A DNA stretch of 64,000 bases from Welwitschia mirabilis (lineage: Eukaryota): the NCBI GenBank assembly GCA_051453625.1, contig JBOZIK010000001.1, positions 31,732,087 to 31,796,086 on the forward strand. The letters run 5' to 3'. Under the pieces are notes generated by a model. The model had not been told where the DNA came from. It made no database searches and was given only the letters and a program-made list of their open reading frames with translations. Position 1 is the stretch's first letter. Each line of letters starts with the position of its first letter. Made by a program: the position numbers and the translations under genes. This document shows, piece by piece, positions 40,854-56,700 of the stretch.

Positions 40854-43800
40854 TGTTGTGGTGCATAATTTTGCAATGTTCTATCCTTTCTCATATCCTA
40901 TTAATTACAAATAAATATATTGCAAATACAGAACACTAGTATAGATGGAAGTAAACCAAATGCCATAAACCTCTCAAAGTCATGCAAGAGAAGAAAGAGA
41001 ATTGATTTTCAAATAAATATTGTATCCTAATAAACTTAATGTAATGATGTAAGAAAATAAACATACCATGTAATCAAATGCAACCTAATCTAGATAAATA
41101 CCTATTTAATTACTAAATTAACTTATTAGGAAGATTAATCCTACCTAACTTAAATCATCTAAATAAATTATCACTAACTAAAACTAATTTAAGCTATCAA
41201 GTAAGTCAAATAGAATGTAATAGAAAATGCTCCTAAACTAGTATCATCAACCTTAACAAAGGTTATCCTTAAGACCTATATTATAAGTGAAAATTTTACT
41301 AAATAAAAAACAATATAAACCATAATGTGTATGTAAAGTATTAAAGAAACAAAATAAAAACAAAGTTTATATTAATCAAACCAGCATTCAGGTTACAAGG
41401 CAGCCAGACTGTAATGGAGGATGTATAGCCCGATACGAAGAAGATGTCTCTCTACAACTACTCAAAATGGATTTTTTGTCCTTCAATATTCTATCATAAG
41501 AATTTTTTATGCATTAAAGATGATAGGAGGATCATAGGGAAGGTTTATTTATACAACAAGAAAAACATAACCGTTGCTCAAGGTGTAATGATCGTGCTAG
41601 AAAATGCACTTAATCCTAAGAAGATGGGAGAATCATTTTAGTATCATCCTTATTATCATAATAATGACATTGGATAAACCTCATAATAATGTATGATTCA
41701 TCAACTTTTAGATTCACAATCAGCCCTGTAGTTGACTTCAAATGTGTTTTTGTCCTCCATGTTATGGGGATGACACTGAAGATGCCATCTCTTTAGAAAA
41801 GAGATCTCATTGGCTCCTAGCTCCAGTCCATATTAGCATTCCAAATAGATATTAAATTATTATTATCTTACCTATTGTGGGAATGATATTTAGGATGATA
41901 GTCTTCCTTATCTTTCTATCTTAACAAAAATTAGCCTTTTACATCATTAATCTTCCTCCAAATCTCTGAATATCAAAATATGCAGCTTTCAAATATGCCA
42001 AGAATTGCATGTTTTCATGATTATCCCATTGACTCTCTATAATCATCAAAATTACATCTAAACCTATGCAAATGCCCTATCAAAGTACTAAAAATACCCC
42101 ATTAAAATCATATAAATTGGTATCACATCATAGTCAGTAACTAGGTAAAATGTAAATTGAGTTCATAAATATTTACAATATAGGAATAAACATAAAAAAT
42201 CAATTAAATGATATAATATCTTTATAGGATGCATAATAGAGCTATTGTCCTATATGTCATCTAGACGACAGTGTGGATGATAGGCTTATAAAATCAGATG
42301 CCTACGAACATGATCATTAAAAAATATAACTACTCACATCTTAATTAGCCTCATACTTAAATTGTTTAGCACATCACAGTATAACAATTAAATATTATAC
42401 ATAATAATAATTATAAGATGTAAAAATGATAGCTCTAGAAAATGATAATATGTATGCATAATCAGGGATAGTAATACTTAGAATAATGTATATAAACTAA
42501 GTAATGGTAACTCAAAATGATGTATACAAATCCATTAGTGAGTTTTAAATACAATCTACAAGGGAAAAATTCAAAAAAAAAATCATAATATTACTTTCCT
42601 TATTCATGGTTTCTTAAGTATCTTGGATCACAACTATAAAAAATTTCTATAACTATGTTTCTATGTCCTGCTAAATAATGCTTATAATGCTTATCACACA
42701 AGTAATATGAAATCATATATCAACTAGTGCACCATATATATGTATCATAAAAACTTAAAATAACCTTATAAATAAAAGTCTTGCTTAAATATCCTTAATA
42801 TTCCATATAAATTAATCCTGATTCCATCTTATCCCAACGTAAATAAAAGAGTCAATAGATCTTTTATTGCAATAAGCTAAGAGGAGCTGTGTCGTCCACC
42901 TAGTTGTTTGGATAACGTACATAGGACAATACTTAGAAAAAGAAAGATATGGAAAAATAGTAAGTTTAAGTAGAATTAGATAATCAATAATAGCAATAGT
43001 AAAGCCTTAGAAAGTCATCATAAATTCTAAAAATGAGGTAAAACATAGTAATTATTACCCAAGGGATCATGGTAAAGGAGAAGAAAATAGGAAAATCTTA
43101 AGATAATAAAAAGGATTAGACCATGATAAAGAACCAAAGAGATATAATTAATGCTAAAGAAAATTCTCAAACATACCCCGAAATCAATAAGCATTCAGTA
43201 TTTTATAAGTGGATGCATGCAAAATTAAAAGTAAAGAAATGAAAAAAAAAATTAGCATAAAACAAAGAGAATACATCAATCAAAGTAAAAGGAATGCATC
43301 AATTAAATTAAAAGGAATACATCAATTAAAGTAATAAAAGAAAAACAACCCTTATGAATAAAAAGTACAAATAAAAATAAAAAAACAACTATAAAACCAC
43401 CAAAATGATCAAGTTCTAATTATCATGTGAAAAAAAAATACATAAATGACTTTGAAAATTCCAAACAAAACAACTAGGAAAACATAAGGAAAATGGATAA
43501 CTAGGAACATGAAGAATATTATTTACTTATTCAAAATTCTAATCCAACAAAGTCCTTTGGTAGAAATCATAAAATCACCTAATTTATTATGCATGACATA
43601 ATGTAAAAAACTTTAGAAAGTACCACTCAAATGGACAATGATTATGACAATGTTAAGTATATCTAATGTTGTTAATTAATGGATGATAAGATTAAAATAT
43701 GCTTAAAAATGAAATTGCCTACTCATACCCATAAACAACACTAGAATCCACAAAAGTAAAATGGTCATGTAAAAGTACTATATGTAAAATGAGTCTAAAA

Positions 43801-46800
43801 AGTAACCAATTCCTCTAATGACACCGAAGACATCACTGATCCCATAACCTCTAAGTGAAAATTATTTTTCTATAATAAGGAGAGTCCAACCACTATCAGA
43901 GGAGTAATGACCTATATAGAATGGCCAAATAACCCCCAATGAAGTTTCCAAAGCTAACATATCACATCGCTAAAGGCTCTCTTAAGAAAATTTTTCCTAG
44001 TGTGCTTGTGATAAGACATCATGGTGATCATGATTTTAGCTCAGATACAAAAGCTCATAATGATTATTTATTTATTTTCTTTTCTTTTATTTATTTCTAT
44101 ATTTCTCTCTTTTTTCTGTTTTTAAAGGAAAAAAATAAATTCCACATGATTAAATTCTCTTTAGAATAATGTTAAAGTAATGAAATGAGAAACAAGTAAG
44201 AACACCCAAATAACTAAAGACTAAAATCATTGAGAAATAATAAAAGAACTAAGGCATCTTTATTCAAAATGAAGTTTATAGATATACGAATGTATTAATA
44301 TTGATTTAATCCAATTTTATCACTTTATAATGCTCAAGTAAAATATTTACTAGTCATGATAACTCGATAAACTAAAATATGAGTCAAGTTAAAGATGATT
44401 AAGTGATAGCATGACGTTTATCAAAAGAATTGACTAAGGAATAATTTAGATAATGATAGGAGGAAAATCAAAGATAAGTGCTTCTATCATGTTCAAGGTT
44501 TAATCAATAGGTATCTTAATGATTTTTAACCTTTATCTATTAACTTCTAAATTTTCTAAGTGTTCAAGTTAGAGATTTAACTAAGCCATTTAAGATGTAT
44601 TTTTTTTAAAAAAAAAGACCTAACCATTGAGAGGTTTAAATAGTTGTATAAAATGTGCACTCAATATTATATTTTTTAGGAAAATAAGGGCCAAACTAGA
44701 TAAAAAATCATTGATAAAACATAAAAGATACACAATCATTTTAGAGTAAAATCAATTGGAGGAAGAGAAAGTAGAAAGATAAAAATTTGATAGCACAAAT
44801 TTTAGAATTCAAATAAAAGATAAAAAAGTGATAAATTTTATTAACAAATAATATCTTATTAAAACATTGTAAATCCTAAGTATCATTATAAAATTCATTT
44901 AACAAATAACTTAAAGGATAGATTCAAGAAGTTTTTAAGGGCCTTTAAGAAAGTTTAATAAAATTAAAAAGATCCTTACTATTTATTTCTAGGCATGGAT
45001 TATCATAAAAAAGATAAGGTTTAATCTAGTTTAAAATTCCAAGGTATTCTAAGTCAAAGTTTTGAAAAGAATAATCATTAAAAACACAAGGTAAAGTAGA
45101 TTTGGCAGAAAAGAAAAGGATGTTATTTTAAGTATAACATATATTTTTAAAAGGAAGAGATTAAGAGATAAAAGGAATAGACTATTTAAAATTATGAGTT
45201 TCATGAAAGTCAAAAAAGGGAACATGATTTTGAGAATCACATGAAGGTTCAAATGGAAGAGATGGAGAAAGGTTATCAATATCAAGACCATAAGGTAATG
45301 TGGAAGTGAAAGTAGAAGTGGAAGGAAGGATGTTATTTAAAGTTGTACATCAAAACATAGGTAAAAAGGATGGAGAAGCATGAGTAGGATGAACAAGTCT
45401 ATCCTTTATAAAATCTGAATCAATATTTGTGGGCCCTTCATTTTGGTCATTTTCTTCATTATTGTCTTTATCATTATTTTGTTGGATTGTTTATTTAATT
45501 TCCTCATCATTGCTTATGTTTATATGTTCCTTCTTTTATGGAGTTTAGATCTCATTCTCTAAATCACTGGATTTATCAAAAATATTATGAAGAGAAATGT
45601 GAGCATCATCTTCATCATAGATTAAAAATTTCTTAGATTCTTCATGAATGGGTTTTCCATTTAGATTNNNNNNNNNNNNNNNNNNNNNNNNAATGTAATC
45701 TAATACCTCAATATCATCATCTAATGAATGTTCATCCTCATCCTTATTATTAAAAAATCGAGTTGAGTTATTATTATCTCCACTTTGCTCATCTCCTAAT
45801 GAGTATGCTATTGAATTTTGATTCAAAATTTCATCTTCTATTTAAAAGAAAGAATTATTGTCATTTATTTCTAAGTTCTTCTCATTTTCCTCAAGTTAAG
45901 ATGTAGTAGGATGGGCTTAAATATGTTGTATTATAAAAGAATATTAATTTTGTAATAGTATTTGTTGAAAGATCTTAATCAAATTTCCTAGGTTTTAGTT
46001 GGTATTTTCTTGGCTCTTCTTCATTTCATCAATCATTTCTTCATTAAATATTTTTCTTCCTCATAGTAGTTTATAAGAGGTGGATTTTCCACTTCATAGT
46101 CATGCATGGGAGATGATTGGGATTAATAAAAATGATTATAGGAATTTTTTCTAAATGAGGTGAAATTCCTAAAATATTAAAAATTTTCATTGTCATTTCT
46201 ATATGAGGTTTGAAAATAAGAGGGGGAACAATAAAAAGTTTGAAAAGAGAAAGAATCTTTATTACTACTCTTAACATAATTTTGTGTTATTCTTGTTTTT
46301 TTGCAAAAATTTATTGAAGTGTTTTTTTCCATTGTCTTCAAAAATTTTCAAGTTTTTTCTTATCTTAGAAAGAATTTCCCTAAGAGTTATCTTATCATTA
46401 TTCATTGAAGTAATTGAGAAGAATAAAAAAAGAGAATCTAATTTAAGATTGTAAGAAATATAAGTACATAGTAAAGATCAAGTTCTACTATCTTTGATGT
46501 TTCATCTTTTTATCAAAATTATTTGGATTTTTAACACTCAAAAGATGCATAATGGTTGTCATTTTAACCATCATGGGAATAACTAATAGAATGACCATAG
46601 AAAAAAATTATATAACAAAAAGAACAAATTGTAGCCACTATCATCCTATGGCCATGGGGATGATAGTGAAGATAACATATTATTATGCTATAAAAATTAG
46701 AAATATAAAACCTAAAAAGAACTTATGAAAAACATAAATCTATGAATTATCATCCTCAGTGTCATGGGAATGATATAGGAGATGATAGTACTTATTATAA

Positions 46801-47779
46801 GACTAAAAAACTGAAAACTATGAAAACAAAATCTACAATTCTAATTAGAAATACAATGTCACTATAAATAAATATTTAAATTAAAATACAATTTACTCAA
46901 TTAAGTAAAAAAAATTATCATACTCCTCAGCAACCTTCCCCAGCAATGACACCAAGATGTTGCAGTGAATAATTTTGTAATGTTCTATCCTTTATCAATT
47001 CCTATTAATTAAAAATAAATATATTGTAAATACAACACACTAGTATAGATGGGAGTGACCCAAATTTCATAAACCATTTAAGGCATGTAAGAGAAGAAGG
47101 AGAATTTATTTCCAAAGAAATATCATATCCCATTAAAATTAATGTAATGATGCAATAAAATCAACACACAATTCAATGCAAATGCAACCTAATCTAGATG
47201 AATACCTATTTAATTAATAAATTGATTTGTTGGGAAGGTTAGCCCTACATAACCTAAATCAGCTAGAGAAACTATCATTAACTAAGACTGAATTAAGTTA
47301 TCAAGTAAGTTAAATAGAATGTAATATAGAATGCTCCTAAACTAATATCATCAATCTTAACAAAGGCTGACTTTAAGACCTATATTGTATGTGAAACTAT
47401 CACCAAATCAAGAATAATATAAACTATAAGAAACATGTAAAGTATTGAAGAAATGAAAGAGAAATAGAGTTTATAGCCATCAAAAAAGCATATAGGTTAT
47501 AAAGTAGATGCACTACAATGGAGGATTCACAACCCAACACCAAGGAAACGTCTCTCTATAAGTACTCAAGATGATTCTCCTATTCTTCAATCTTCTATCA
47601 AAAGAATTTTTACTATATTAAAGATGATAAGAGAAATAAAGAATAGGTTTATTTATACAATAAGAAAATAACTCAAGGTATAATGGTTATACTGGAAAAT
47701 ATGCTCAATCTTAATAAAGAAATAGATGAAATAAATAAAGATTGGTAACTTGTTTCAGTATTATCTTAACTGTCATGTA
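40854..47779 (-). mobile_element. Internally deleted (non-autonomous) Athila-like element nested in the RT of the previous copy; 3' LTR 40854-42130, 5' LTR 46958-47779 interrupted
   Basis: The LTRs begin TGTTGTGGTGCATAATTTTG (40854) and TGTTGCAGTGAATAATTTTG (46958) on the plus strand. PBS TTGGTGTCATTGCTGGGGA (minus, about 46937-46955) is a decayed Athila tRNA-Asp PBS TTGGCGCCGTTGCCGGGGA. Inside are only the integrase end (about 44480-44670), 3' noncoding DNA and gag-like remnants. Confidence 0.8.
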
Positions 47780-50700
47780 TGTTGCGATGCCAAATTGTAG
47801 GAATCTGATGGTGTATTTTGAGTACTTTTTCAAGACATTTACACAGGCTTAGATGCAATACTAATGATTATAGAGATATAATAGGATTATCAATAAAACA
47901 TGCAATTCTTAGCATTTTTGGAGGTTTCTCAGGCTTATTCTAGTACTACAGACTTGGAAGAAGGACTCATCATGTAAAAGACTAACTGACCTTTGAGATT
48001 GAAGATAAGGAAGCCTATCATCCCTTATGTCATCTCCATGATAATCAAGATGATAGCACTATTAACATGGATAAAATCTATAGGGCTAACACTTACGCAT
48101 GAAGATGATGAAATAACTTTTGACAAATAATGACGTCCACTCTATCATCCTCATGATAGTGGATGATAGCTCTTTTTTTTACGGTTGGAAATAATTATCT
48201 TTGTAATGAGGTTAAGTGACCCATTTGGAATATTAGGGTTTCTTTTTTGACTTCTAGGGTTGAGTTTTTAAAACCCCATTGTAACACTATAAATACCCTT
48301 TCCCTCATTCATTTCTGTTTTCATATTTTATACCTGATAAGCTTGTGATGGAAGATTAAAGGATAAGAGGTTCATCTAATGACTACAGAAAGAAGTTTTC
48401 TTAGTGTTAGAATAAGTCTCTTTCATTAAGGTGCTACTATTTCATTGTAAGTGGATGTAAAGATTCTTGAATTAATCTAATTACTTTTTAAATTAATACA
48501 ATTTCTATTTTTATTTCAATTCTGTGTATGTTCCTTATGGTTTACATTGATCATAGTTTAAAGTGACCATTCTGTGATTTATCTAGATTATAAGAGAAAT
48601 CTTTATCAAGGTTATCCTCATTTAGTTTTAAATTTTCATTACTATTTCATTCCATTTCTCATTACATTTTATATCCTACTTAGTACATCTCATAGTTCAT
48701 ATTGATTAAGAATAAGTTGAGTACTCATATTAATTAATCTAAATTATAGAGAAGTTAGTTTTTATAATAGAAGAATTAGGAGCTAATAGAATTCATTTCA
48801 TTTTCATTTGTATTTCATTTATATTCACTTGAATTACATTTACTTTATTATTTACTTCCACTTATCATATGACAAAAAGACTAAAAATACCTTTGGAAAT
48901 AGATTCTCTAACTCTTATCCTAATGCCTTAATTGTGATTACGACATTTAGGTGAACTCCTGTCTATAGTTGCATGTGTTTTGCTATAAGTTATTTAATCT
49001 ACAAGTTTATGTAAAGAACTTTAGAATCACATAAATTCACACAGCAACATTTTAGCACTATTTCTAGGGAAGGCTGCAAGGAGCTAGAGAAACATCATTA
49101 ACTAGATAAGTACCTTGAATCTTTTTTTTCATATTATTGATTTAAATTAATACTATATTTTTAGTTTAGTTTAAAGTAAGCTTATTTCCATAAATTTTTT
49201 TCCATAACTTTTTAGGAATCTTATCATTCTCTCTATTATCCTAATGACATAGAGCATGATAGTTTCAGAAATTTTAAAATTTATTTCTACTTTTGCCATT
49301 TTTCTTGTATTTGGCATTCAATAATAAAGTACTATTGTATTCTTTGTCATCCCCACAACATACTAGATGATAGTATACTATTTTTTTTACATATTTTGTA
49401 ATTTTCCATTTTCGTAATTTTAAATAAATTGTTATTTTCTCTGTTATTTCCACAAAACTTTGAATGATACTCTATTTCTTTATTACTAGTAATTTTTCTT
49501 AGTTTCGGATTTCTATTACTACAATCATTATCCTCTCTGTCATCCACACGACTAGGTCAACAATGGTCTACTATTTTTTATTTTAGTATTTTATTTATTA
49601 TTTGAGCATGCAAGGAAATAGTAAATTCTAGTAGGAAGACAAAATACTAGATAAAACGAAACCTAATTAAAGAAAACATTAGAGATGGGTTATTCGACTT
49701 TAATTTAAATATAGATATGCACATCCAAGGTACACAAATTTCCAAAATTAAAAAATAAGATTTTTCTACTTTTATTATTTTAGAATCATATTTTGCAAAA
49801 GAAAATTATAGAATAGGAGTAGATCATGTTGTTTCTTCTTCAAATATGTTGAATGTATTAAAATATTTGTAAAACAAAATCAAGTTGCTTTGTCTAATAC
49901 TCCAATCATAATAGGAACTTCTTGTTCAAATGTAAATGCTACTCTTATAGATTTAATTGCCAATTTAAAATGTAAAATTTAGAATCCTTTTGATTTATCT
50001 TCCAAAGAGAATGTGAAATTAATAAATTTAAGTGCATATCCAATGTTTTTAGAGGAACCAGAAGAAGTTTCCTTCCAACATTTGGCTAACATTTAACAAC
50101 TTGTACTCATCTTAGAAAATGGGAAGAAATGTATTAATAACTATATCTATATGATTGTTTTTCTAGTTACACTTAGAGGAAGAAAAAAAATTGGCTTAAA
50201 ACTATCCCACATAAGAGTCTTAAATCTTAGAGTCAAGTACAAGAAGTATTTATCAAATGTTTTTTGAGTGAGAGTTTCATGAGAAAAAGAAGAAAAGTTG
50301 TAACAACTTTTAACAACAGCCTCATGAGAATTATGCAATAACCTATGAACATTTTATCATAGTGATCATTCCAATCCCATTGATGAATTTCGTAAGAAAG
50401 AGCTAGTTGATCATTTCTATAGTGGATTCTATGCTCTAACTAAGAAACTTGTGGATTTTTCTTATGAAGGAAACTTGTTGAATTTATGCCTTGATGATGC
50501 ATCGGGTATATTAGAAAATTTAATAGAAATAAGTCAAACTTATTCTAAATCCACTAAATAAAATTGCATTGTAGGTCATCTAAAATATTTAAAGAAAGTA
50601 AAACATGATAAGAAAGAAGAAAGAGAGGACTCAACTAACTTGATGAAAGATTTTACTACTACTTTAGAGAAGTATACACAAATGATAGTTGATGCAAAAG

Positions 50701-53700
50701 TGGTAAAGAATTAAAACTCAACTTCAAATTGTGAAATTTGTAAAGATGACTTTCATCCAACAAAAAAAAGCCCTTTGTTACCAACTTGTAAGGAAAGGAT
50801 GTTTAAGGAGGTGTGTGCTTTCAACCAAAGAACACCCAATTTTAAAATCCAAGCATGAATTTAATAAATACTAGGTGGACAACCTCAATGGAAACCTTTT
50901 GAAAATAGATTCAGAAATTCCAACTTTCAACCTAATTTTCAAGAAAATCAGAATGATCCACTTAGAGAATCCATAGAAGAGATGAGAAAAATATAAGATA
51001 AAACTAATAGCAACATTGAAAACTTATGAATGTGCTTCAACAAACAATGCTTGCCAATCAAAGATCACAAGGGTCTCTTGCATCTCAATCATTGCCTAAT
51101 CCAAATGAAGTTAGAAGGGATTTGAAAATGGTAACAAGAAGTGGAAATGATACAACACCTTATACCTATGAGATTTCAACTTCAAAAAATAATAAAATAA
51201 ATGAGGAAGATGATGTTGAAATTTTAGATTCATATAACCTTCCATCAACATCACTTACTAAATCCTCCACTAAAAATACTTCACAAGAGAATAAAGGAAA
51301 GAAATCATCCACTCCTTGACTTAATTGATTAAATACAAATCTTACTTTTGATGAACACCTAAAAGCTTTGATGCAAGAAGTAAATATCAACTTACGCTTT
51401 TGGAAACTCTTGCAAAAAAATTATAAATATTTTAAATTATAGAAGGATTTAATAATAAAAAAGCAAAAATGTATCATTCCTAGCAAAGTTTTTTTTAATT
51501 TAATCTCTTTTTAACTTAGTCATGCAAAAATGTCCTAAATTCAAAGACCTTAGAGCTGCAACTATGAGTGCTACCTTAGAAGGAAATAAAAGAATTCAAA
51601 GATCTCTAATTGACATAAGAGCAAGTGTAAATATAATGCCTCTCTATATATGTAAGAGACTTGGGTTAGAAAATAGAATAGAACCTACAACAATCATCTT
51701 AGAATTAGCTGGTATCTCAATTAAGAAATCATTAGGAATTATCAAAGACCTAGTTATCCAAATTGAGGAAGCTTTTTAACCCATAGATGTTTTCATAATT
51801 AAGATAGAACATATAGAGGATATCCACTTCTTTTAGAAAGAGCCTTTTGTGCAACTACTCATTGTATCATTGACACACGATCCGAGATGATGAGATACCA
51901 TTTTAGCAATAGATAAATTACTATTAGAGTTTTAATGCTATTGAAAAAGACACAAGAACTGAGTTTAACTTTGAATATGAATTAAAACCAACTTTTTTTC
52001 TACAACATCAACCAATTGAAGAGAGATTAATCATGCTACATAAGCTAACTTTGTACGATGATCCCACTGAAACACACTATCTTAAGTCTAAGAATGAAGA
52101 ACATATAAATTGGAAAGAAACTCAACATTTTTATTTGGTAGAAAAACTTTTTATAGAGTGTCATCCCACGTTTATCATCCCCATTATAGACAGGATGATA
52201 ACTCAAAATACCACCCTTGAACTTAAGAAATTACCCCAAGGTTAAAAATATATTTTTCTTTTTGAAAATCAAATGAAACCCCTAATAATCATTGATCTTC
52301 TCACTCCTTAATAAGAATTAAACTTGATCTCATTCTTAATTTTGAAAGAAAATGCCTTTGCTTAGACACATAAAGACTTATTTTCCATTCCTCTTTCTAT
52401 AGTTTAACATAAGATTTACCTTGAAGATAATGCTAAACCTGTTAGGTAGCCCTAAAGAATACTCAATTTGATCTTAAACAAATCATTAAAGATGAAATCA
52501 TTAAACTTATAGATGTTAGAATCATACATGCCATATCCAATAGTAAGTGGGTTAGTCTTTTAACAGTAGTTCCAAAGAAGGAGGGAAAATGGAAAATGTG
52601 CATCGATTTTAATGAAGTTACTAAAAAGGATTATTATCCTTTACCCTTTCTTGATCAATTATTTGATATAATCCAAGGTTATTCTTACTATTATTTTCTT
52701 AATGGGTATAGTGGCTATAATCAAATTTCTATAGCAAATGAAGACCAAGCTAAAACCATATTCACCTCACTCTTTGGAACCTCTACTTTTAGATGAATGC
52801 ACTTTGGACTTTGTAATGCCCCTGAAACCTTTCAATAAGCCATGATGGGGATCTTTTCTGATATGATAGATGATTCTATTAAAATTTTTATGGATTACTT
52901 CTCCATCTTTAGTGATACTTTTGAACAAACTATAGAGAAATTATAAAAAATCTTAGATTGATGTATTCAGAGTGACTTATATTTAAGTTGAAAAAAGAGT
53001 TTTCTCCTTATCAAACATGGAATTGTTTTAGGTCATCACATTTCAAAAGAAGGGATTAGCATGGACCCCACAAAAGTGGATATCATTGAAAACCTTAACC
53101 CTCCAACTAATGTTAAACAAATTAGACTTTCCTTGTTCATGCTAGTTTTTATTGATGATGCATTCATGATTATGCTAGAATTTATAAACCTCTCCACTCA
53201 TTACTTGAAAAAGATGATAAATTTAATTAAAAGGATTCATGTCAACTTGCTTTTAAAACTCTTAAAGTAAACATTTCTTCTGAACCTATTGTCATAGGTC
53301 CCGATTAAAGTAAAGATTTTGAACTTATAAGTAATACAAGCAACATTGCTGTAAAGGCTGAGGAGGGGGTGTGTGTTCTTGGCCAAAAGTATGAAAATGG
53401 TTTCAAAGTCATGTCTTATCTTAGTAAAACCTTTTCCTAAATCCAATCCAACTATATAACTACTGAGAGAGAAATGCTTATCATTAGATTTTTCTTAGAT
53501 CATCTTGAACATTACCTTCTTAGTTTTCACATCAATGTTTACACAGATCATGTAGCCATCCGCTATCTCATGATTAAAAAAGACTCTAGTGCTAGACTTA
53601 TTAGGTAAATCTTTCTCATGCAAGAATTTAATCTTACTATTATTGATAAGACTGGAGAACATAACAGTTTTGCTAATCATCTATCTCTACTTTCTTGCTC

Positions 53701-56700
53701 TCATAATGATGTTCCCATTAATGACTCTTTTCTTGATGAAGAACTCTTTGCAATTAAACAACTTTATGCTATCTCATCTTCTCATCTCGCTCCTTGGTAT
53801 GCTAATATCATGAACTACCTTGTGACTATGAAAATGCCTCAGCATTGGAACCATAACCAATGTAAAATTTTTCTCCATAGGATCAGTGACTATGAGTGAA
53901 ATGAACATCATCTCTACAGACGCTGCAAAGATCAAATCATGCGTAAGTATGTACTTGAGTGGGAAACCTTAGAAATCCTAAAACTTTGCCATGAAGGAGT
54001 ATGTAAGAAACACTTTAGTGGTCAAGACCATCATGAAAATTCTTCACTCTAGATTTTATTAGCTTACTTTTTTTAAGGATTCATATGACTTTGCTAGAAG
54101 GTGCGATGCATGTCAATGTTATGATAGTCTAACTTATTTTTATCATATGCTCTTTAAACCTATACTTAAATGTAAACCTTTTGATTAGTGGGGAACTAAC
54201 TTTGTACGCCCTATTACACCACCTTATCATGACAAAAATTATATTCTTATCACTATTGATTATGTTACTAAGTGGGCAAAAGATATTCCTACTATAAAAA
54301 ATGATGTCAGAACCATTTGCAACTTTGTTTAAACTCATATCTTTTAATGTTTTAGTTTTCCACAAATTATTATTAGTAATCAAGAAATTCATTTCATTAA
54401 TTACCTTTTTTGAAAACTTCTTTTATCCATTGGTGTTGAATATAGAATTGCTTGTGCCTATCATCTTTAAACTAATGAACAAGCTGAAAACACAAATAGA
54501 GAAATAAAAAAGATTATTTAAAAATTAGTCTCTATTAATAGAAAAACTTGGTCTTTAAAACTTAATGATATTCTTTTTGCTTATCATACTAATGGGCAAA
54601 ATTATCCAGGTTTCTCACCATATAAACTTGTGTATGAAAAAATTTGTATTTTACCAGTTAATGTTTGTTATAATTTTTATTAATTCACTAATCAACTTAA
54701 TCTTGTAGACTTGAATGACATCCTTAAAACTTGATTAGTCCAACTTGACCATCTAGATGAAAACCGTACTCATGCTTTACATCATCAACTCATTCATAAA
54801 GCTCAAGCCAAGTTCAAACATGATTAAAAAAATTATTCATAAGTAGTTTGAACTTAGTCAACTTATTCTTTTGTATAACCTCTAAGTACAATTTTTTCAC
54901 AACAAGTTAACTTCTAAATGATTGGATTCTTATCTTATAAAAAAAGTACATTCAAATGGCTTAGTTGAAATCTTTGATCCAATACTAAAGAAATTCAAAA
55001 AGTTAATGGACAAAGGTTAAAACTTTATGAGTCATCTTATGATGAAACCTTAAACATGATAGAAGCACTTGTTTTGGAAGCCTCTCTTAATGAAAAGGAC
55101 CTTTCTTTTGTTATTGTCTAAATTTCTTCTTAACTCATTCCTCAGGTAATTGTCATGTTATCACTTTTAGCTTGGCATATGTATTTACTTATGGAGTTTT
55201 CATGTTTAATAATATTTTACTTAGGCATTTAGAGGATAAGATTGACTTCATCCAATCTTTAGACCTTCATATGTCTATAAACTTTATTTTGAAGGAAGAT
55301 GCTTTGGTTCTTTTATTCTCTTTCAATGGTGTACATAATTAGTTATTTTTACATGTTCTTACTTTATTACTCATCTCATTACTTTGCTTTTATCCTTATA
55401 AGTACTTAGTCATGTGGAATGTTTTTCAAAAAAAAACCAAAAANNNNNNNNNNNNNNNNNNNNNNNNNNNNNNNNNNNNNNNNNNNNNNNNNNNNNNNNN
55501 NNNNNNNNNNNNNNNNNNNNNNNNNNNNNNNNNNNNNNNNNNNATTGTTTTTACAACATCAACCAATTGAAAAGAAATTAATCACACTACATGAACCAAA
55601 TTTATATGATAACCCCCACTAAAATACATTGTCTTAAGTCTTAGGATGAAAAACACACTAACTACAAAGAAACTCAAGATTTTTATTTGATAGAAAAGGT
55701 TTTTGTAGAGTATCATCTCACATAGGTCATCCCTATAACAGATGGGACGATAGCTCAAAATATCAGCCTTAAACTTNNNNNNNNNNNNNNNNNNNNNNNN
55801 NNNNNNNNNNNNNNNNNNNNNNNNNNNNNNNNNNNNNNNNNNNNNNNNNNNNNNNNNNNNNNNNNNNNNNNNNNNNCCCACTAAAATACATTGTCTTAAG
55901 TCTTAGGATGAAAAACACATAATTGCAAAGAAACTCAAGATTTTTATTTGATAGAAAATGTTTTTGTAGAGTATCATCTCACATAGGTCATCCCTATAAC
56001 AGATGGGACGATAGCTCCAAATATCAGCCTTAAACTTAAGAAATTACCTCAAGAGATGTAGCTACCATTCCTCTTTCCATAGTTTAACATCAAATTTACC
56101 TTGAAGATAATAATAAACCTATTAGTCATCCCTAAAGAAGACTCAATCTGGTCCTTAAACAAATTGTTAAAGATGAAATCATTAAACTTATGGATGCTGG
56201 AATCATATATATCATATCCAATAGTGACTAGATTAGTCCTTTAATAGTAGTTATAAAAATGGGAGAAAATGAAGAATTTGCATTAATTTTAGAAAACTTA
56301 ATGAGGTCATTAAAAAGGATCATTACCCTTTACCTTTTCTTGATCAAGTACTTGATAGAATTCAAGGTTATGCCTACTATTGTTTTCATGATGGGTATAG
56401 TGACTATAATCAAAACTATATAGTAAGTGAAGACTAAGCTAAAACCACTTTTACTTCATCCTTTAGAACTTTTACTTTTAAACAAATGCCCTTTGGACTT
56501 TGTGATACCCCTAGAACCTTTCAATGAGTCATGAGGGGGACCTTTTCAATGACTTCTCCATCTTTGGTGATACTTTTGAATAAACTATAGAGAGATTAGA
56601 AAAAGTTCTAGATTGATGTATTAAGAGTGCTTTACATTTGAGTTGGAAAATGAATTTTATCCTTCTCAAATATATAATTTTTAAGTTATTACATTTCAAA

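Noticed and set aside
43270-43338. Three copies of a 23-bp unit (aatacatcaattaaagtaaaagg)
   Set aside because: Small minisatellite within Athila-like 3' noncoding DNA; unremarkable.
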